From a virus, in IMG/VR virus record IMGVR_UViG_3300033066_000693, positions 192,001 through 256,000 of that record: a DNA stretch of 64,000 bases; one strand, 5' to 3'. The stretch's first letter is position 1, and every line of letters starts with the position of its first letter. The position numbers and the translations under genes are program-made. Of this stretch, positions 21,077-31,800 are shown in pieces. Under the pieces are notes generated by a model that had not been told where the DNA came from, searched no databases, and saw only the letters and a list, made by a program, of their open reading frames with translations.

Positions 21077-22150
21077 TTAGAGCGGGTTGAACCCTGTCAA
21101 CGGTCTGAAGTATCCCGGAGCGGTTGGACCACCAAAAGTGTTGCTAGCGCTATCTACAGATACATTGCATGTTCCAAGCTCAATGGCTTCGTAATCATTC
21201 TCGCAATCGCCAAGCGCTCGGAATGGAATACGAGTTTCGATAATGTCATTGCTAATCGCAACTTGTTCGATCTCAAAGATAACGCCCCAAAGAGCCGTAG
21301 CCCAATAAGGAATAGTAGCGCTACCCAGAGTGTATCCGAACGCAATCTTAGACTGAGACGTGAACCTCTGCTGATTATTGTAAATAAACTCATGGAACTG
21401 CTTTGCCGTAAAGCCCATCAAGGCAATGCTGCCTTCGATAGAACGCTTACGAGCAGTAATGTCTTGCGGGACCAGCTTTCCATTCAAAGTGTAGAAACGA
21501 TCTGCGTTGTTGTTAATAGTTACTTCGAAGGAGCGGATATAAGAACCCGGAATGGTTATGCTCTCTTCTCGAATAAAGATGTTGATACGGAAGTCGTTCC
21601 AAGTTACGATACGTGCCGGAGATAGGAAGGTTGGGTCGCGCTCTGTGGTCAATGGCTCTCTAACGCTGTCTGTTGAGTTTGCTCCGCCGATAACGCTGAA
21701 GTTCAATTTTACAATATCAGCTTGATTTACGCTGACCTTCATGGTGTTGATAATGCAGTTTGGGTAACGGAAGGCGGCGTTGTCAGTATAACGAACATCA
21801 ACATTGAACTGATTTACAAGCCTACCGACTTGATCTCGCTTCGCAGCGATATTCCAAAGTCGATTTGCTAAGTTCGTATCGCATGTAGTTGTGTTTCCGC
21901 CGCAGTTCTTAGAAGTACCGTTCTGAATGCCTTCGTGAACAAGAGGAAACTCGCAATCTCCGTCAACCATACGAGGGCCAAGCTGATACAGAGTGTTGTC
22001 AATACGTCCGTCAACAACGTCTGGATAGTCAATCTTTTGCTTAGCGCTGATATTACAAGACAAAGCTCTAACGAGGATTTCTTGACCGATAGTGCCACCG
22101 TTGAATCGGATACTGCCCACAAACCCCATACTTGCAGTCGGGATAGCCAT
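21077..22150 (-). CDS. Major tail (tube) protein candidate, 357 aa
   Basis: Position directly upstream of the chaperone genes; strong AGGAG Shine-Dalgarno 8 nt before the ATG; no sequence motif recognised, so the call is positional only. Confidence 0.4.
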   Translation of the reverse strand: MAIPTASMGFVGSIRFNGGTIGQEILVRALSCNISAKQKIDYPDVVDGRIDNTLYQLGPRMVDGDCEFPLVHEGIQNGTSKNCGGNTTTCDTNLANRLWNIAAKRDQVGRLVNQFNVDVRYTDNAAFRYPNCIINTMKVSVNQADIVKLNFSVIGGANSTDSVREPLTTERDPTFLSPARIVTWNDFRINIFIREESITIPGSYIRSFEVTINNNADRFYTLNGKLVPQDITARKRSIEGSIALMGFTAKQFHEFIYNNQQRFTSQSKIAFGYTLGSATIPYWATALWGVIFEIEQVAISNDIIETRIPFRALGDCENDYEAIELGTCNVSVDSASNTFGGPTAPGYFRPLTGFNPL

Positions 22151-22197
22151 TTTTGGTTAACTCCTAATAAACGTCCCGCTATCTCGACCCAAAGGGT

Positions 22198-22635
22198 TTA
22201 GCATACGGGGATTGATGTTCCGTCAGAGAACAGGTGATTGCTAGGCAGATTCGAAATATTAGTTCGGCAAACAAGAACGCCTGTAGCCTTGCAAAGCTCG
22301 GCCCATCCCAGAGGGATCTTGATACTTTCTGCTTCTAGATAATCATTCAAATCTGTTACCGTAGTTCCTGAACGATTGATTACGTGATTGTTAATGGAAC
22401 GGACAGCGCTCAAATACGTAGACGGGGAACGATAGATGTCTGCGTTGATCTGATAGCTATTCCAGAACTCATTGATTAGGTCGATTGTTGGATAAAATTG
22501 CGTCGATAGGACGATTTTATATACCGCATCATACAAATAGTCAACCGAGCCAATATTGCTGCTTCTCGCATCTGCGTAGTAGGTAGCAATAGCTAGGTAG
22601 TCTGTTCCCGAAATTACGTTTGTGGAAAGTGCCAT
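22198..22635 (-). CDS. Tail completion/terminator-like small structural protein (145 aa)
   Basis: Position upstream of the tail-tube candidate; GAGGAG Shine-Dalgarno. Confidence 0.35.
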   Translation of the reverse strand: MALSTNVISGTDYLAIATYYADARSSNIGSVDYLYDAVYKIVLSTQFYPTIDLINEFWNSYQINADIYRSPSTYLSAVRSINNHVINRSGTTVTDLNDYLEAESIKIPLGWAELCKATGVLVCRTNISNLPSNHLFSDGTSIPVC

Positions 22636-22765
22636 TCGTGTTGACTCCTCGTTCTAAGCTTTGTCCTCATCGTACCCATTTCAATAGATGCTATTCGAAA
22701 CCTGTACGATGTCTTCCTCTTTGTTCAACGGACCTTTCCAAACTCCTTCTAAACGGTCACAGATT

Positions 22766-23935
22766 TTACAGGGAATCAAGGGCCAACGCCAACGGGGTTA
22801 GCGAGACTGTTTCTATAACTTGTCTTAGGTTGTTGATAAAAGCTGTATTCGAGAACTTTTTCGATATCTCCGAAGCAGCAGCGCTTAGCTCGCAAAGAGT
22901 AGGTATATCTAATGCTAGTATCTTTGACAAAACGGCTTCCAAATCCGCAGGAGAAATTATTGCAAACTCCTCTTCGTTCTGTCCTATGAATGTGTTATAC
23001 GAAACATAGTATTGGAATCCTTCTGGCATCTGAGAAATAATCTCTCCTACCCTTCCATAGGCAGGTCCAACCGGGATACAGCCGCAAGCCATGCCTTCCA
23101 GTAAACTTAGAGCAGTAGCCGATTTCAAGGAACAATCAACTATAGCCTTAGTTTCATTGTATATTCCAGCCATGCCCTCGTCTGAAAGTCCCTCCTTGAT
23201 CGAACAGTAATAGGTTGGCAAGAAAAGACCGTCAGCCTTGTATCTTTCCTTAAGACTCTCAAGGTTGTAATCTCCCACATCATACAAGTTAGTATGAATG
23301 ACGCTTGTTGCTGGAAGTTTGGCAACTCCTTCTATGAAGGCAGGTATATTGCTCGATTGAGCATTCCTAGCGCTACAAAGCATAAATCTCCTATCCATAT
23401 GCGACCCCTTGGACACAAACTTAGAATGGTCAGGCCCATAGGGGAAAAACTGCCCTTGTACCGTAGCAAATGAACTTAGCTCATTCCAACCAAACTCACT
23501 GGTAGATATCACGTAGTCTGTATACTCAAAGGCGTCTTTGTTATTTCTTAGAATTCCGCTTGCGTCAAACGTATATATGGCTATCCACTTGAACAAACTT
23601 GGATACATAGCCTTGATAGCATATAAGAAATTGGTATCCTTGTAATCTCCAATAGTTATAACTACTTGCGGCTGAACCAACTTCATAAGTTCGTAGACAA
23701 ATGGCGAGGCTTCGTCTGTCTTAGGCGTGAACGGATATAGCTGACAAACGTTCTTGCCGTCCTTTTCGTAGGCATGAATACCCTCTTCGGATGGCATGAA
23801 ATAGCCTTCGTCATGATGCCATACGGCTGCCGACACTTCATGACCGTCAGCTTTTAGGGCGTTGATTACGTCCGCATGTATTCTGCCATTGCGAACAAGA
23901 AGATACGGAGAGGCTCCAATTGTAAGTATTTTCAT
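22766..23935 (-). CDS. GT-B fold glycosyltransferase (GT4-like), 389 aa
   Basis: C-terminal LLEGMACGCIPVGPAYGRVGEII matches the E-x7-E GT4 donor-binding motif; N-terminal MKILTIG... is typical of a GT-B N-domain. Confidence 0.6.
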   Translation of the reverse strand: MKILTIGASPYLLVRNGRIHADVINALKADGHEVSAAVWHHDEGYFMPSEEGIHAYEKDGKNVCQLYPFTPKTDEASPFVYELMKLVQPQVVITIGDYKDTNFLYAIKAMYPSLFKWIAIYTFDASGILRNNKDAFEYTDYVISTSEFGWNELSSFATVQGQFFPYGPDHSKFVSKGSHMDRRFMLCSARNAQSSNIPAFIEGVAKLPATSVIHTNLYDVGDYNLESLKERYKADGLFLPTYYCSIKEGLSDEGMAGIYNETKAIVDCSLKSATALSLLEGMACGCIPVGPAYGRVGEIISQMPEGFQYYVSYNTFIGQNEEEFAIISPADLEAVLSKILALDIPTLCELSAAASEISKKFSNTAFINNLRQVIETVSLTPLALALDSL

Positions 23936-23962
23936 CGTTACTCCTTGGCAGGAATATCGACA

Positions 23963-24256
23963 TTACCTACGGAATACCCTGATTCTTCCTTGCGGCCACT
24001 TTGCTTTTACAGCGTCGGCGCAACCTTCAGGGATACCGTTCAAAGCCATCATGCTAATCATGTTAGTCGCCGGGTCATAACGTCCTCGACACATGCTGCC
24101 GCTACTGCTACCAGCGGTTTCTGCATGGCCTATCTTAGCGTCAGTCGTCTGCTGTACATGCAGAGATCCGTCCCACCACCATAGGAATATAGGAGCTTCT
24201 GGCGACGGCTTATGGCCTATTTCAAAGTACGGATGTTCTGCTTGCTTGTACCACAT
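23963..24256 (-). CDS. Hypothetical protein (97 aa)
   Basis: Operon strand, fills an intergenic space. Confidence 0.35.
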   Translation of the reverse strand: MWYKQAEHPYFEIGHKPSPEAPIFLWWWDGSLHVQQTTDAKIGHAETAGSSSGSMCRGRYDPATNMISMMALNGIPEGCADAVKAKWPQGRIRVFRR

Positions 24257-24265
24257 AGGCTTTCT

Positions 24266-25171
24266 TTATGTCATCTGGGGGTCTGACCAACCGTGTCTTG
24301 TTTGAATCTCTTGTTCTTCCGCGAACCAAGAAATGCTTGCAGCATGAAGAAGGGTTCCCTTGTACTTGAACCCATAATCAATATCGCTAGGCCATGAGTT
24401 GTAGATAAAGCGAGACAAGATGATAACCTTAGAGCGGTCAGACATCAGATACGCATGATGAGGATTAGGCCATACACGAATAGTTGTCGAGTCTACAATC
24501 TCTGCTACTCGGAGTTCTTCGGCTTGATACTGATTCTCAAGGATAATCTTGTCTTCGCATGAGAATCTTGAGGTATCAGAAACCTTGATATACTCGTCCC
24601 CGTCCGCAACGTCAGCCGTTACATTGACAGTAACCGACGATCCTACAAGAGGGAAAATGTTCTTCTTAAGTCCCAACTGTATAATGTCAGCCAACTGCAT
24701 AACGCTGCGATATGCTGCCTCGTGATTATCGTTCTGCGCATAAATGACAATCTGAAGACTGTAACGTTCTTTGGTTGTTCCTAAAGTAAACCATTCAGAC
24801 GTTCGCTTTTGACCAAGAATAGTGATTGCAGGGTAGGCAGGGATTACGTCTGGCTCGCCAATATACAATGCTTGCACAAACTGCCCGTCATAAGTCTTAG
24901 TAAGCATAGCGCTGTTGCTTACTTTCCATCCTGTAATAGTCTTGATTGGAGTTTCAAGAATGATAGTATTGCGATCAACAACCTCTCGAATACGAAGGTT
25001 TGGCTCTCCTACAGAGCCGTTGTGCAACGCAACCTCGTCTCCTGCTCGAAAGCGTATTGTAGAGCTAACCGTTAGATCGGTTGCTCCATACGGAGCGTCA
25101 GCCGTCAGGGTAACAGTAGTGTTTACCCAGCGGTATATAGTACGTCTTACGCTTTCAAGAATATCAATCAT
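24266..25171 (-). CDS. Virion structural protein (putative head-tail joining or neck), 301 aa
   Basis: ORF in the structural operon with 4-nt overlap to the next gene. Confidence 0.45.
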   Translation of the reverse strand: MIDILESVRRTIYRWVNTTVTLTADAPYGATDLTVSSTIRFRAGDEVALHNGSVGEPNLRIREVVDRNTIILETPIKTITGWKVSNSAMLTKTYDGQFVQALYIGEPDVIPAYPAITILGQKRTSEWFTLGTTKERYSLQIVIYAQNDNHEAAYRSVMQLADIIQLGLKKNIFPLVGSSVTVNVTADVADGDEYIKVSDTSRFSCEDKIILENQYQAEELRVAEIVDSTTIRVWPNPHHAYLMSDRSKVIILSRFIYNSWPSDIDYGFKYKGTLLHAASISWFAEEQEIQTRHGWSDPQMT

Positions 25172-25419
25172 CCGAGGTGTTTCCTAACAATATCTTTTAC
25201 GAAGTGTTCTAGGTTATCTTCTACTTTATTCTGGTCCGGTTCAGATTGTCCATTTCTTAGGAAGTCTTCATAGCTGCTTCTCTTTTGAGCTTCCGCTGGG
25301 GTTTTGCTGATAACCACTCCATTCGGAATAATGGCGTCTCGGATATCTCTTCCTTCTAACGTTTGAAAATCAGATAACAAAGACTTGAGATCCTTGAAGC
25401 CGCTCATGTCAGATTTCAT
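25168..25419 (-). CDS. Hypothetical small protein (83 aa)
   Basis: Translationally coupled on both sides (4-nt overlaps). Confidence 0.4.
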   Translation of the reverse strand: MKSDMSGFKDLKSLLSDFQTLEGRDIRDAIIPNGVVISKTPAEAQKRSSYEDFLRNGQSEPDQNKVEDNLEHFVKDIVRKHLG

Positions 25420-26144
25420 TTGTCGCCTCCTTCAATCTTGATGTTGAAGTCCTTATCCAGAGGAGGCAGGCTATATCTATCCCTAAGGGTAGGATTGAAG
25501 AATCTCTGACCAATACGAGTCTGTCCATGCAGAATGGTAATGCCGTTGATTATGGCATTCATGTCCGATAGCGCCCAAGAACGCAAAGTCTTGCCATAGT
25601 CAGACTTGTCTGGATTTGCTTGCGCGGAAAAATACTTATCGTAGATGTTAGCAGCAGCCAGCCTTGTTGCCATGACATTGATAGGAGCCGGGAATCTCAC
25701 TCTAACAACTCTGGTTGTTTCGGCATGATATATGCCCAAAAGAGGCTCTTGGAGTTCAATAGTTGTGTTGTTTACCAAGGCGCTGACAGTATGACGCTCT
25801 TCATTAAGCGTATCAGCAAAAATCAAAGAATCGCCCACATTCAAGCTCATGGCCTTATCTAGCTCGATTGCGTCATTGTAAGTATCAATATCTACCAACA
25901 AAGAAAGCTCTAGGTCGATCTTTTCCATAAAAGGAACGACATAAAGCTCGCTAAGGGCTGCGTCTATCTGGTCGCTAGCCCAAGTAATGTATTGGTATAC
26001 GGTATCGTCCGAGATAGAGTTAGAATCTTTGGCCTTACCGAATGTCCACAGAGGAACAGGCTGACCATTTACAACCCTATTGGTAGCGCTGGTAAGAGCT
26101 TGAGCAAGAATATCATAAACTTGCGCCGGAGTTGTATAGGCCAT
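25416..26144 (-). CDS. Virion structural protein (putative), 242 aa
   Basis: Operon ORF; no motif recognised. Confidence 0.45.
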   Translation of the reverse strand: MAYTTPAQVYDILAQALTSATNRVVNGQPVPLWTFGKAKDSNSISDDTVYQYITWASDQIDAALSELYVVPFMEKIDLELSLLVDIDTYNDAIELDKAMSLNVGDSLIFADTLNEERHTVSALVNNTTIELQEPLLGIYHAETTRVVRVRFPAPINVMATRLAAANIYDKYFSAQANPDKSDYGKTLRSWALSDMNAIINGITILHGQTRIGQRFFNPTLRDRYSLPPLDKDFNIKIEGGDK

Positions 26145-26156
26145 TTATCATCCTCG

Positions 26157-27230
26157 TCAAGTCAAGAGTTTATCTATCGGGTCTTGAGCTTGGGGAGGAT
26201 TCTGCGACTCTTTCTTGGCTGTTATCATTGCTTGAGCTAACAAACCTTCAACTACAGCATTCCTTGGACTCTTTGCGTGCCTGACTTCCTTGACCGTAAA
26301 AGGCAGGTTTAGACCCTTTACTATCTTCTCTAGTTTCCTGCAAAACCCTTTAGGCATCGAGGTGCCACCAGCTATGATGATGTCAAGAGGCTGAGTAAAC
26401 TGACTCTTAACTTCTTGGAACTTCTTACCGAAGTGTTTGAAAACATACTCAATCATTGAGTCATAGTAGGCATTTAGAGCAAAAACTACGTCGTCGTCGT
26501 CATTGAGGTTATCAAAGTCAAGCTTGCGTTCCTTGGCAGAAATAACCTGAGAAATGGCAACGCCAGTTTGCTCAGAAACTTGCTTGTCAATCCAATCTCC
26601 GCTTCGAGCAACGCTCATTCCAATAACAGGCAAACCTTTATAAGCAAGCAAGCAGTTGACTCGCCCTGCTCCAAAACTTACGCCAATGCCGGAATATGGA
26701 ACAACGGTTCCGTCCTCTTCGATAATAGTAGGACGTTCGCTTAGTACAACCGCTTGGGCCTCTTCGATGATCTTTACTTTCCATCCTAGGCGAGTAAAGA
26801 GGGCCGTCAAACGGTTGCGATGAAATGTTGAGTCAGCAGATCCGTCCAAAGACTCAGAGCTTACGCAGGTGCAAACCCAAGAGTTATCGTCGGGGGCCTG
26901 ACCAATAGAAGCCTTGACAATCTCTGAAAGCACTACAAGCTTCTTGTCTTCGTTCTTGTTAAGAACTCCGTCTGCCATCGGGCGACGAACCTCCACCTTG
27001 CCCGGGAATATATTAGCTACCTTGATACAGTCGTCTCCAACTACGAAATAGCTGTCGCCGTCTTTGATATATTGCCAGCCATTGCGCTTGAGAGTTTCCT
27101 CAATATCGTCTCCCTTCGGAAGCTCGACAAACGCATTGCGAGTATTCTTTACTTTAAGTACCCCATTTTCGAATTCTCCTACTTGGAAAAACATCGTACC
27201 GGGGTCGCACGCCACTACTCTACTTGCCAT
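26157..27230 (-). CDS. Actin-like (MreB/ParM-family, ASKHA fold) ATPase
   Basis: N-terminal VVACDPGTMFF (phosphate-1 DxG), YFVVGDDCIKV, RRPMADGVL (compare MreB RPMKDGVIADF), IGVSFGAGRVN (phosphate-2 G-x-G-x-G), IIAGGTSMPKGF (adenosine motif), all in canonical order. Confidence 0.6.
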   Translation of the reverse strand: MASRVVACDPGTMFFQVGEFENGVLKVKNTRNAFVELPKGDDIEETLKRNGWQYIKDGDSYFVVGDDCIKVANIFPGKVEVRRPMADGVLNKNEDKKLVVLSEIVKASIGQAPDDNSWVCTCVSSESLDGSADSTFHRNRLTALFTRLGWKVKIIEEAQAVVLSERPTIIEEDGTVVPYSGIGVSFGAGRVNCLLAYKGLPVIGMSVARSGDWIDKQVSEQTGVAISQVISAKERKLDFDNLNDDDDVVFALNAYYDSMIEYVFKHFGKKFQEVKSQFTQPLDIIIAGGTSMPKGFCRKLEKIVKGLNLPFTVKEVRHAKSPRNAVVEGLLAQAMITAKKESQNPPQAQDPIDKLLT

Positions 27231-28029
27231 GATCTATCTCCTCTTTCGTTTTGTAATTTAACTCTCTAACTCTGTTTCTCTTGCGATACTCATTCATATA
27301 TTTCAAAGGTCTATCTACAAAGCTCTTCTTCCAATAATTCATATCCATATATGGCCCAAAATCAAACTTGTATTGATATTCTGGGATTGGTGACTCTGTA
27401 CCCAAAAAACGTATTAGTTTACAAAGAGACTGTCTTCCTATCATTATCTCATTTCGTTCTTTATAAACTGAATCAGTACCAAATCTTTTGCTAAGTTGTT
27501 CTACTAAAAAATCTACATCCTCAACAGAAAAACCTTCTGTTGCAAATTCTATACGCCTATAATTGGGACGAGATTTCTTTCGACAAAGATGACCATCGCC
27601 AATATACCACCACAAAAGACATCTATCTGATAGAACCAAATCCCTTGGAACTGTTTTCTTTCGATTAGGATACCATCTTCGATATTCTTCGGTCAATATC
27701 TCTGAAGTCTTACTACGAGCATAATGACTTGTGTATATATTGCCAGTCCTAGCATCTGGTTTTCTTTGGATTGAATAAGGTTCTGCCCAAGCGAATATAT
27801 CAAGTTTTTCTCGTACTATATTAGCAAAAGATTCGTGTTTACAGCATAGAGACAGTCGTGCATTCTTGCTTTTTGGTTCCATAGTTAAACAGCCATCAGA
27901 AAGCATAAGACCATCTAAAATTTCCATTCTAAAGCTTTTTTGAATCTCCGCCGGATCTCCCGGTATCCAGCGGTATCTACCCCAAGCTATAGATTCTAAC
28001 TGTTTTTCTACTTCATCTGTCTCGGTCAT
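27220..28029 (-). CDS. LAGLIDADG homing endonuclease (double-motif), free-standing
   Basis: Two LAGLIDADG-type motifs, ILDGLMLSDGCL and LLWWYIGDGHL, about 100 aa apart; K/R-rich DNA-binding-like C-terminus; overlaps the neighbouring gene start by 11 nt. Confidence 0.65.
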   Translation of the reverse strand: MTETDEVEKQLESIAWGRYRWIPGDPAEIQKSFRMEILDGLMLSDGCLTMEPKSKNARLSLCCKHESFANIVREKLDIFAWAEPYSIQRKPDARTGNIYTSHYARSKTSEILTEEYRRWYPNRKKTVPRDLVLSDRCLLWWYIGDGHLCRKKSRPNYRRIEFATEGFSVEDVDFLVEQLSKRFGTDSVYKERNEIMIGRQSLCKLIRFLGTESPIPEYQYKFDFGPYMDMNYWKKSFVDRPLKYMNEYRKRNRVRELNYKTKEEIDHGK

Positions 28030-28619
28030 AACAAGCCTTCTAGTTCGTCAATGTTCCTCTGCACACTACTATTATCGGCTGTTTCTTCGGTATGTTTGAC
28101 ATTGCTTTGAGCATCTTTTGATAGTCTATCCAGCGTTCTTTTGTGGATATCTACAACTCTCTCATCCGAGGCTTCCTCGACCTTCTCGGTAGCTGCTGGC
28201 TTAACTGCTTGATTTGCTAAGTTTTGCAAAACCGTAAGAGCTTGAGTCAAGGCGGCCAAATCGATCTGCGGTTGCTGAGGAGTATTGCTAAGCTTGTCGT
28301 CTAGCCTCTTTGCTAGCTTTTCTTCAAGCTGCTTAACAGCCTCGATGACATCTTGATTCTTGTTGGGATCAGGAGGAGTAATGAAAATAGGCTGCTGTCT
28401 GGATAGCTCATCAGTCTTGATTTGATAATCGCCCCTATGATCGTCTTTGACAATTACCTTAAGATAACCTCCACGAAAGGCTCCCTTCAAAGACCTTGAT
28501 TGTTCTGAGTGAAATCTAGACGTAACCATGTCAAGATCAATCTGATCTTTAGAGCTTAGTACAATATGTAGATCTGGCAACTCTACGTCTTGATTGCTTA
28601 CGTTTTTTACTATGAACAT
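28026..28619 (-). CDS. Hypothetical protein with coiled-coil C-terminal half (197 aa)
   Basis: Operon ORF; Q/E/L-rich C-terminal segment. Confidence 0.4.
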   Translation of the reverse strand: MFIVKNVSNQDVELPDLHIVLSSKDQIDLDMVTSRFHSEQSRSLKGAFRGGYLKVIVKDDHRGDYQIKTDELSRQQPIFITPPDPNKNQDVIEAVKQLEEKLAKRLDDKLSNTPQQPQIDLAALTQALTVLQNLANQAVKPAATEKVEEASDERVVDIHKRTLDRLSKDAQSNVKHTEETADNSSVQRNIDELEGLL

Positions 28620-28621
28620 GG

Positions 28622-28846
28622 TTATAACCTTCTGGTTTTAGGGTAAGCTGCTGGCATTGGCTTGGAAAAATCCATCGTATTCATCTTCTGGCACTCGGCA
28701 CACAGCCAATAAACCTTGGAATCTCCAAAGTTGAACTCCAAAGTAGGATTGTGCTGATGATAGCGACAGAAGCCGCAAACCGCTACAGTCTTACATATAT
28801 TGTCATTAGCAGGTTTACTGAGATCCCATGCTTTCTCGTCTGGCAT
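28622..28846 (-). CDS. Small zinc-ribbon protein (C-x2-C ... C-x2-C), 74 aa
   Basis: CGFCRYH ... CAECQK cysteine pairs. Confidence 0.4.
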   Translation of the reverse strand: MPDEKAWDLSKPANDNICKTVAVCGFCRYHQHNPTLEFNFGDSKVYWLCAECQKMNTMDFSKPMPAAYPKTRRL

Positions 28847-31800
28847 TTTCCGCCAACCTTTCGATTATTGCATCTACAACGGAGGTATCGACATTGCGCT
28901 TAGCGAGTCGATATCTCAACACTAACAAGTCATTTGTTCTCTTCTGGTTAGCGATCTTACGCATAACAGGATAATGAGCATGAGCAGCAACTCGCTGCGC
29001 TGTTGGCATATCCAAAATACGAGCAAATGCCAAGGCTTGATCATAGAAGGTCGTTCTTCCGTCTGTAGCAGAACCACCATCGTCGTCTCCGCCTGCTTCT
29101 TCTTGCGGAGCTTCAACTTGCTGCAAAGTCTGGAACTTGTTCAAGAAATCAGTCAATAGTTCATTCGCAACAAGCTCATTCTTGGCGCTATCTACTTTAG
29201 ACAAGACCTTATAAACTTCTGTGTTCTTCATTTCGCCTGAAGAGTACGCCCTGTAAACTTGAGGGAAGAACTTCTGAGCTATCTGCAATACTCTACGACG
29301 AGGCATTGCATATATGTCGTCTTCGCTACCCGCTCCAATACTGCTTAGGAACTGAGGGTTCTTGCTAGTTTCTTGCCCAACATAATAACGAAGCATCTTG
29401 CGAAGACCAGTTTCATTTCTATCAATGAACAACTTGAACTTCTGGAACTTGGGAGTTGCGTAGAGTTTCTTTGCCAACCCTAGCTTTTTATCTGGCGGAA
29501 GCTTTTGGAATGTTTCCTTACTATTGACTTGTGGCATGCCCGAAGCTGCGGCTACCTGAGAGATATCTTCAGCAGAAACATAAGGATTAGCTGGGTCTTC
29601 GATAATGCTAATCATATCTTCTGACTTACCATAGAGCGCCTGCAACTGTCTCTGAACACCGCCAAAGATTTCAGCTACTTGACGCAATGGCATATTCTCG
29701 ATCTCTTCTTCGCTTAGATGAGGAAGAGCGCCTTTACGAACAAGCTCTGTCAAGTATTCAATCTTGTCGTCATATGTAGCCGAGTTGGTCTTAGACAACA
29801 AAGCTCCAAGAGACGCAATGTTCTTGCGGAATCCTGTAAGGTCAATAAACGATATGATTGCTTCTTTACCATGCTTAGCGACAATCTCAGGACTAAGATA
29901 AACCTCTTGCATGCTTTCCATGCCTGCGTCTATCTTACGCTGAATATTGTTCTTGTTTACGTTTCCCTTGTCGTCATAAGCCTTGCCTATAACGTCGGCA
30001 TAGACGCTCGCTGCGTCTCCTAGACCGTCCTGAACGCCCTTATTGACGACTGCTTGGATTTGAGGATCGTTCATTGACCAATCAAAGTTGCCCCAGTCCT
30101 CTTGCTTGAATAGACTGTCCCATTCCTGATTTAGGATATTCTTGAGTCGCTCGTCTCCAACATGGATGTCGTTGCCGTCCTGCGCTTTCATGAACAATCC
30201 ATTCATGATCTTGTCAGCAGTAGCGAAGATGCGTTCATACAGAACTGCCTTCTGAAGCATGTTAAACATGACCGCTCGAATCTTCTTCCTATTCTTAGGA
30301 TTCTGCGCGAGTTCCTGTTTGGCTTGCTCGTAGCGAGATTCCATTGCGTTCTTGACATCAGAATACAAGCCGTTCAATTTACGATAGTTCGCAAAAAAGC
30401 TTGTAAGCTTTGCAGGGCGAACAAGGCCATTCATATCAACGACGTTCTTATCGCCGGGCAAGCCTTCGGACTCAAATACGCCGCCTTGTTCAAGGTCGCG
30501 GCCTACTGCATTCTCTTCTCTGTCGTCAAGCGTTTCGCCGCCGAACTCTGCCTCTTCGTCGTTCTGCTGCTCCATGATATCGCCGCGCTCTTCGCTCCAA
30601 CCGCCGTCGCTTTTCGTGTCAGAATAATCAAAGGCGCTCATCGAGCCGTCGTCATTCTTGACTTGCGCTCCCTGTCGTTCTTTGTTCTGAGTTCTACCAG
30701 CCCATCTCCAAGCTTCTTGACAAGCCCAATCAAAGAACTCCTCGTCCTTATGACGCATGAGGTTCATGACATATTCAGAAAGAGGCTTGATATACTTGAT
30801 ACAAACGTTCTGGACTTCTTCTGTATTCTTACCCTTCTTACGAGTCTTACCTGAATCGTCCGTGATTTCTTTTTTGATGTTGGAAACTTCAGTTAGTTCT
30901 TCAGGAGTAGCTCCGTTTTGACTTATAACAGACATGAGAGCTTTCTTGTCTCTGTCAAGGAAATACTTCATGAAGTTTTCTTTGCCGTAGTCGTCTGGAT
31001 TGAACATTACATTCTCAATGAAATGAGGAATGTTACTGCTTTCCAATCTACTCGTCATAGAGTCGGCAGAACCCTTAAGTCCTTTGGTAACAATCTTTAC
31101 AGCGTCTTGCGCAGAAATCTTCGCTGCATTGTTAATGAACATCTTGTAATAACGCTGGAACGATTTGGGATCTTGAGCGTCAAAGGCTAGGTAGGACGAC
31201 TCGAACAGAACAGCCATTGCCTCTCGGTCGATGCCTCTCTTTTCCTTGGCTTCGTTCATAATCTCTGTAAAGATATGACTGTTTGTTGGATTGTCTCTAA
31301 TCTCAGGCATGCTGCCAGTTGCGGTAGCTCCATTCAAAAAGATTAGACCTCGGATTTCTTGTTCCGAGAGAGATTCATTTTCGTCCACCATAGTGGGCGC
31401 ATTCTCTTCTGGCAATATCTGCGATTGAATCTTCTCCAAGAACTCTCTCATATATGGAGCGTACTTGGGGTCTTTGCTGTACTTGGCAATAAACTCATTG
31501 TTCAATGCTTCAACGTCATAACGACCGCCGTTGGCTTGGCGTGCCTGAGATACCATAGAAAGATACTTGCTTTCCAACTCCTGCAAAGCTGTTTGCGGAT
31601 CAACCTTGTCATTGCTCCCCATAAGCTTGCTCATTACAAACTGAAGAGCAACTCTGGTGTCTTGGCGAGCCATTGGAGGACTGCTGAGAATCTTTTGCTC
31701 CATGTCTTCTTGAAACTTCAATGCCAAAGCATGAAGTCTGGGGCCTGTTGGTTCCCCTCCTTCTTCTCTTGCGGTATTGACTCTAAACTCGAAGATTTGC

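Noticed and set aside
22636-22765. Possible terminator hairpin in the 130-nt gap downstream of the GT4 gene (GGCCAACGCCAACGGGG region).
   Set aside because: The apparent complementarity is a direct, not inverted, repeat of CCAACG; no stable stem followed by a T-tract could be drawn.
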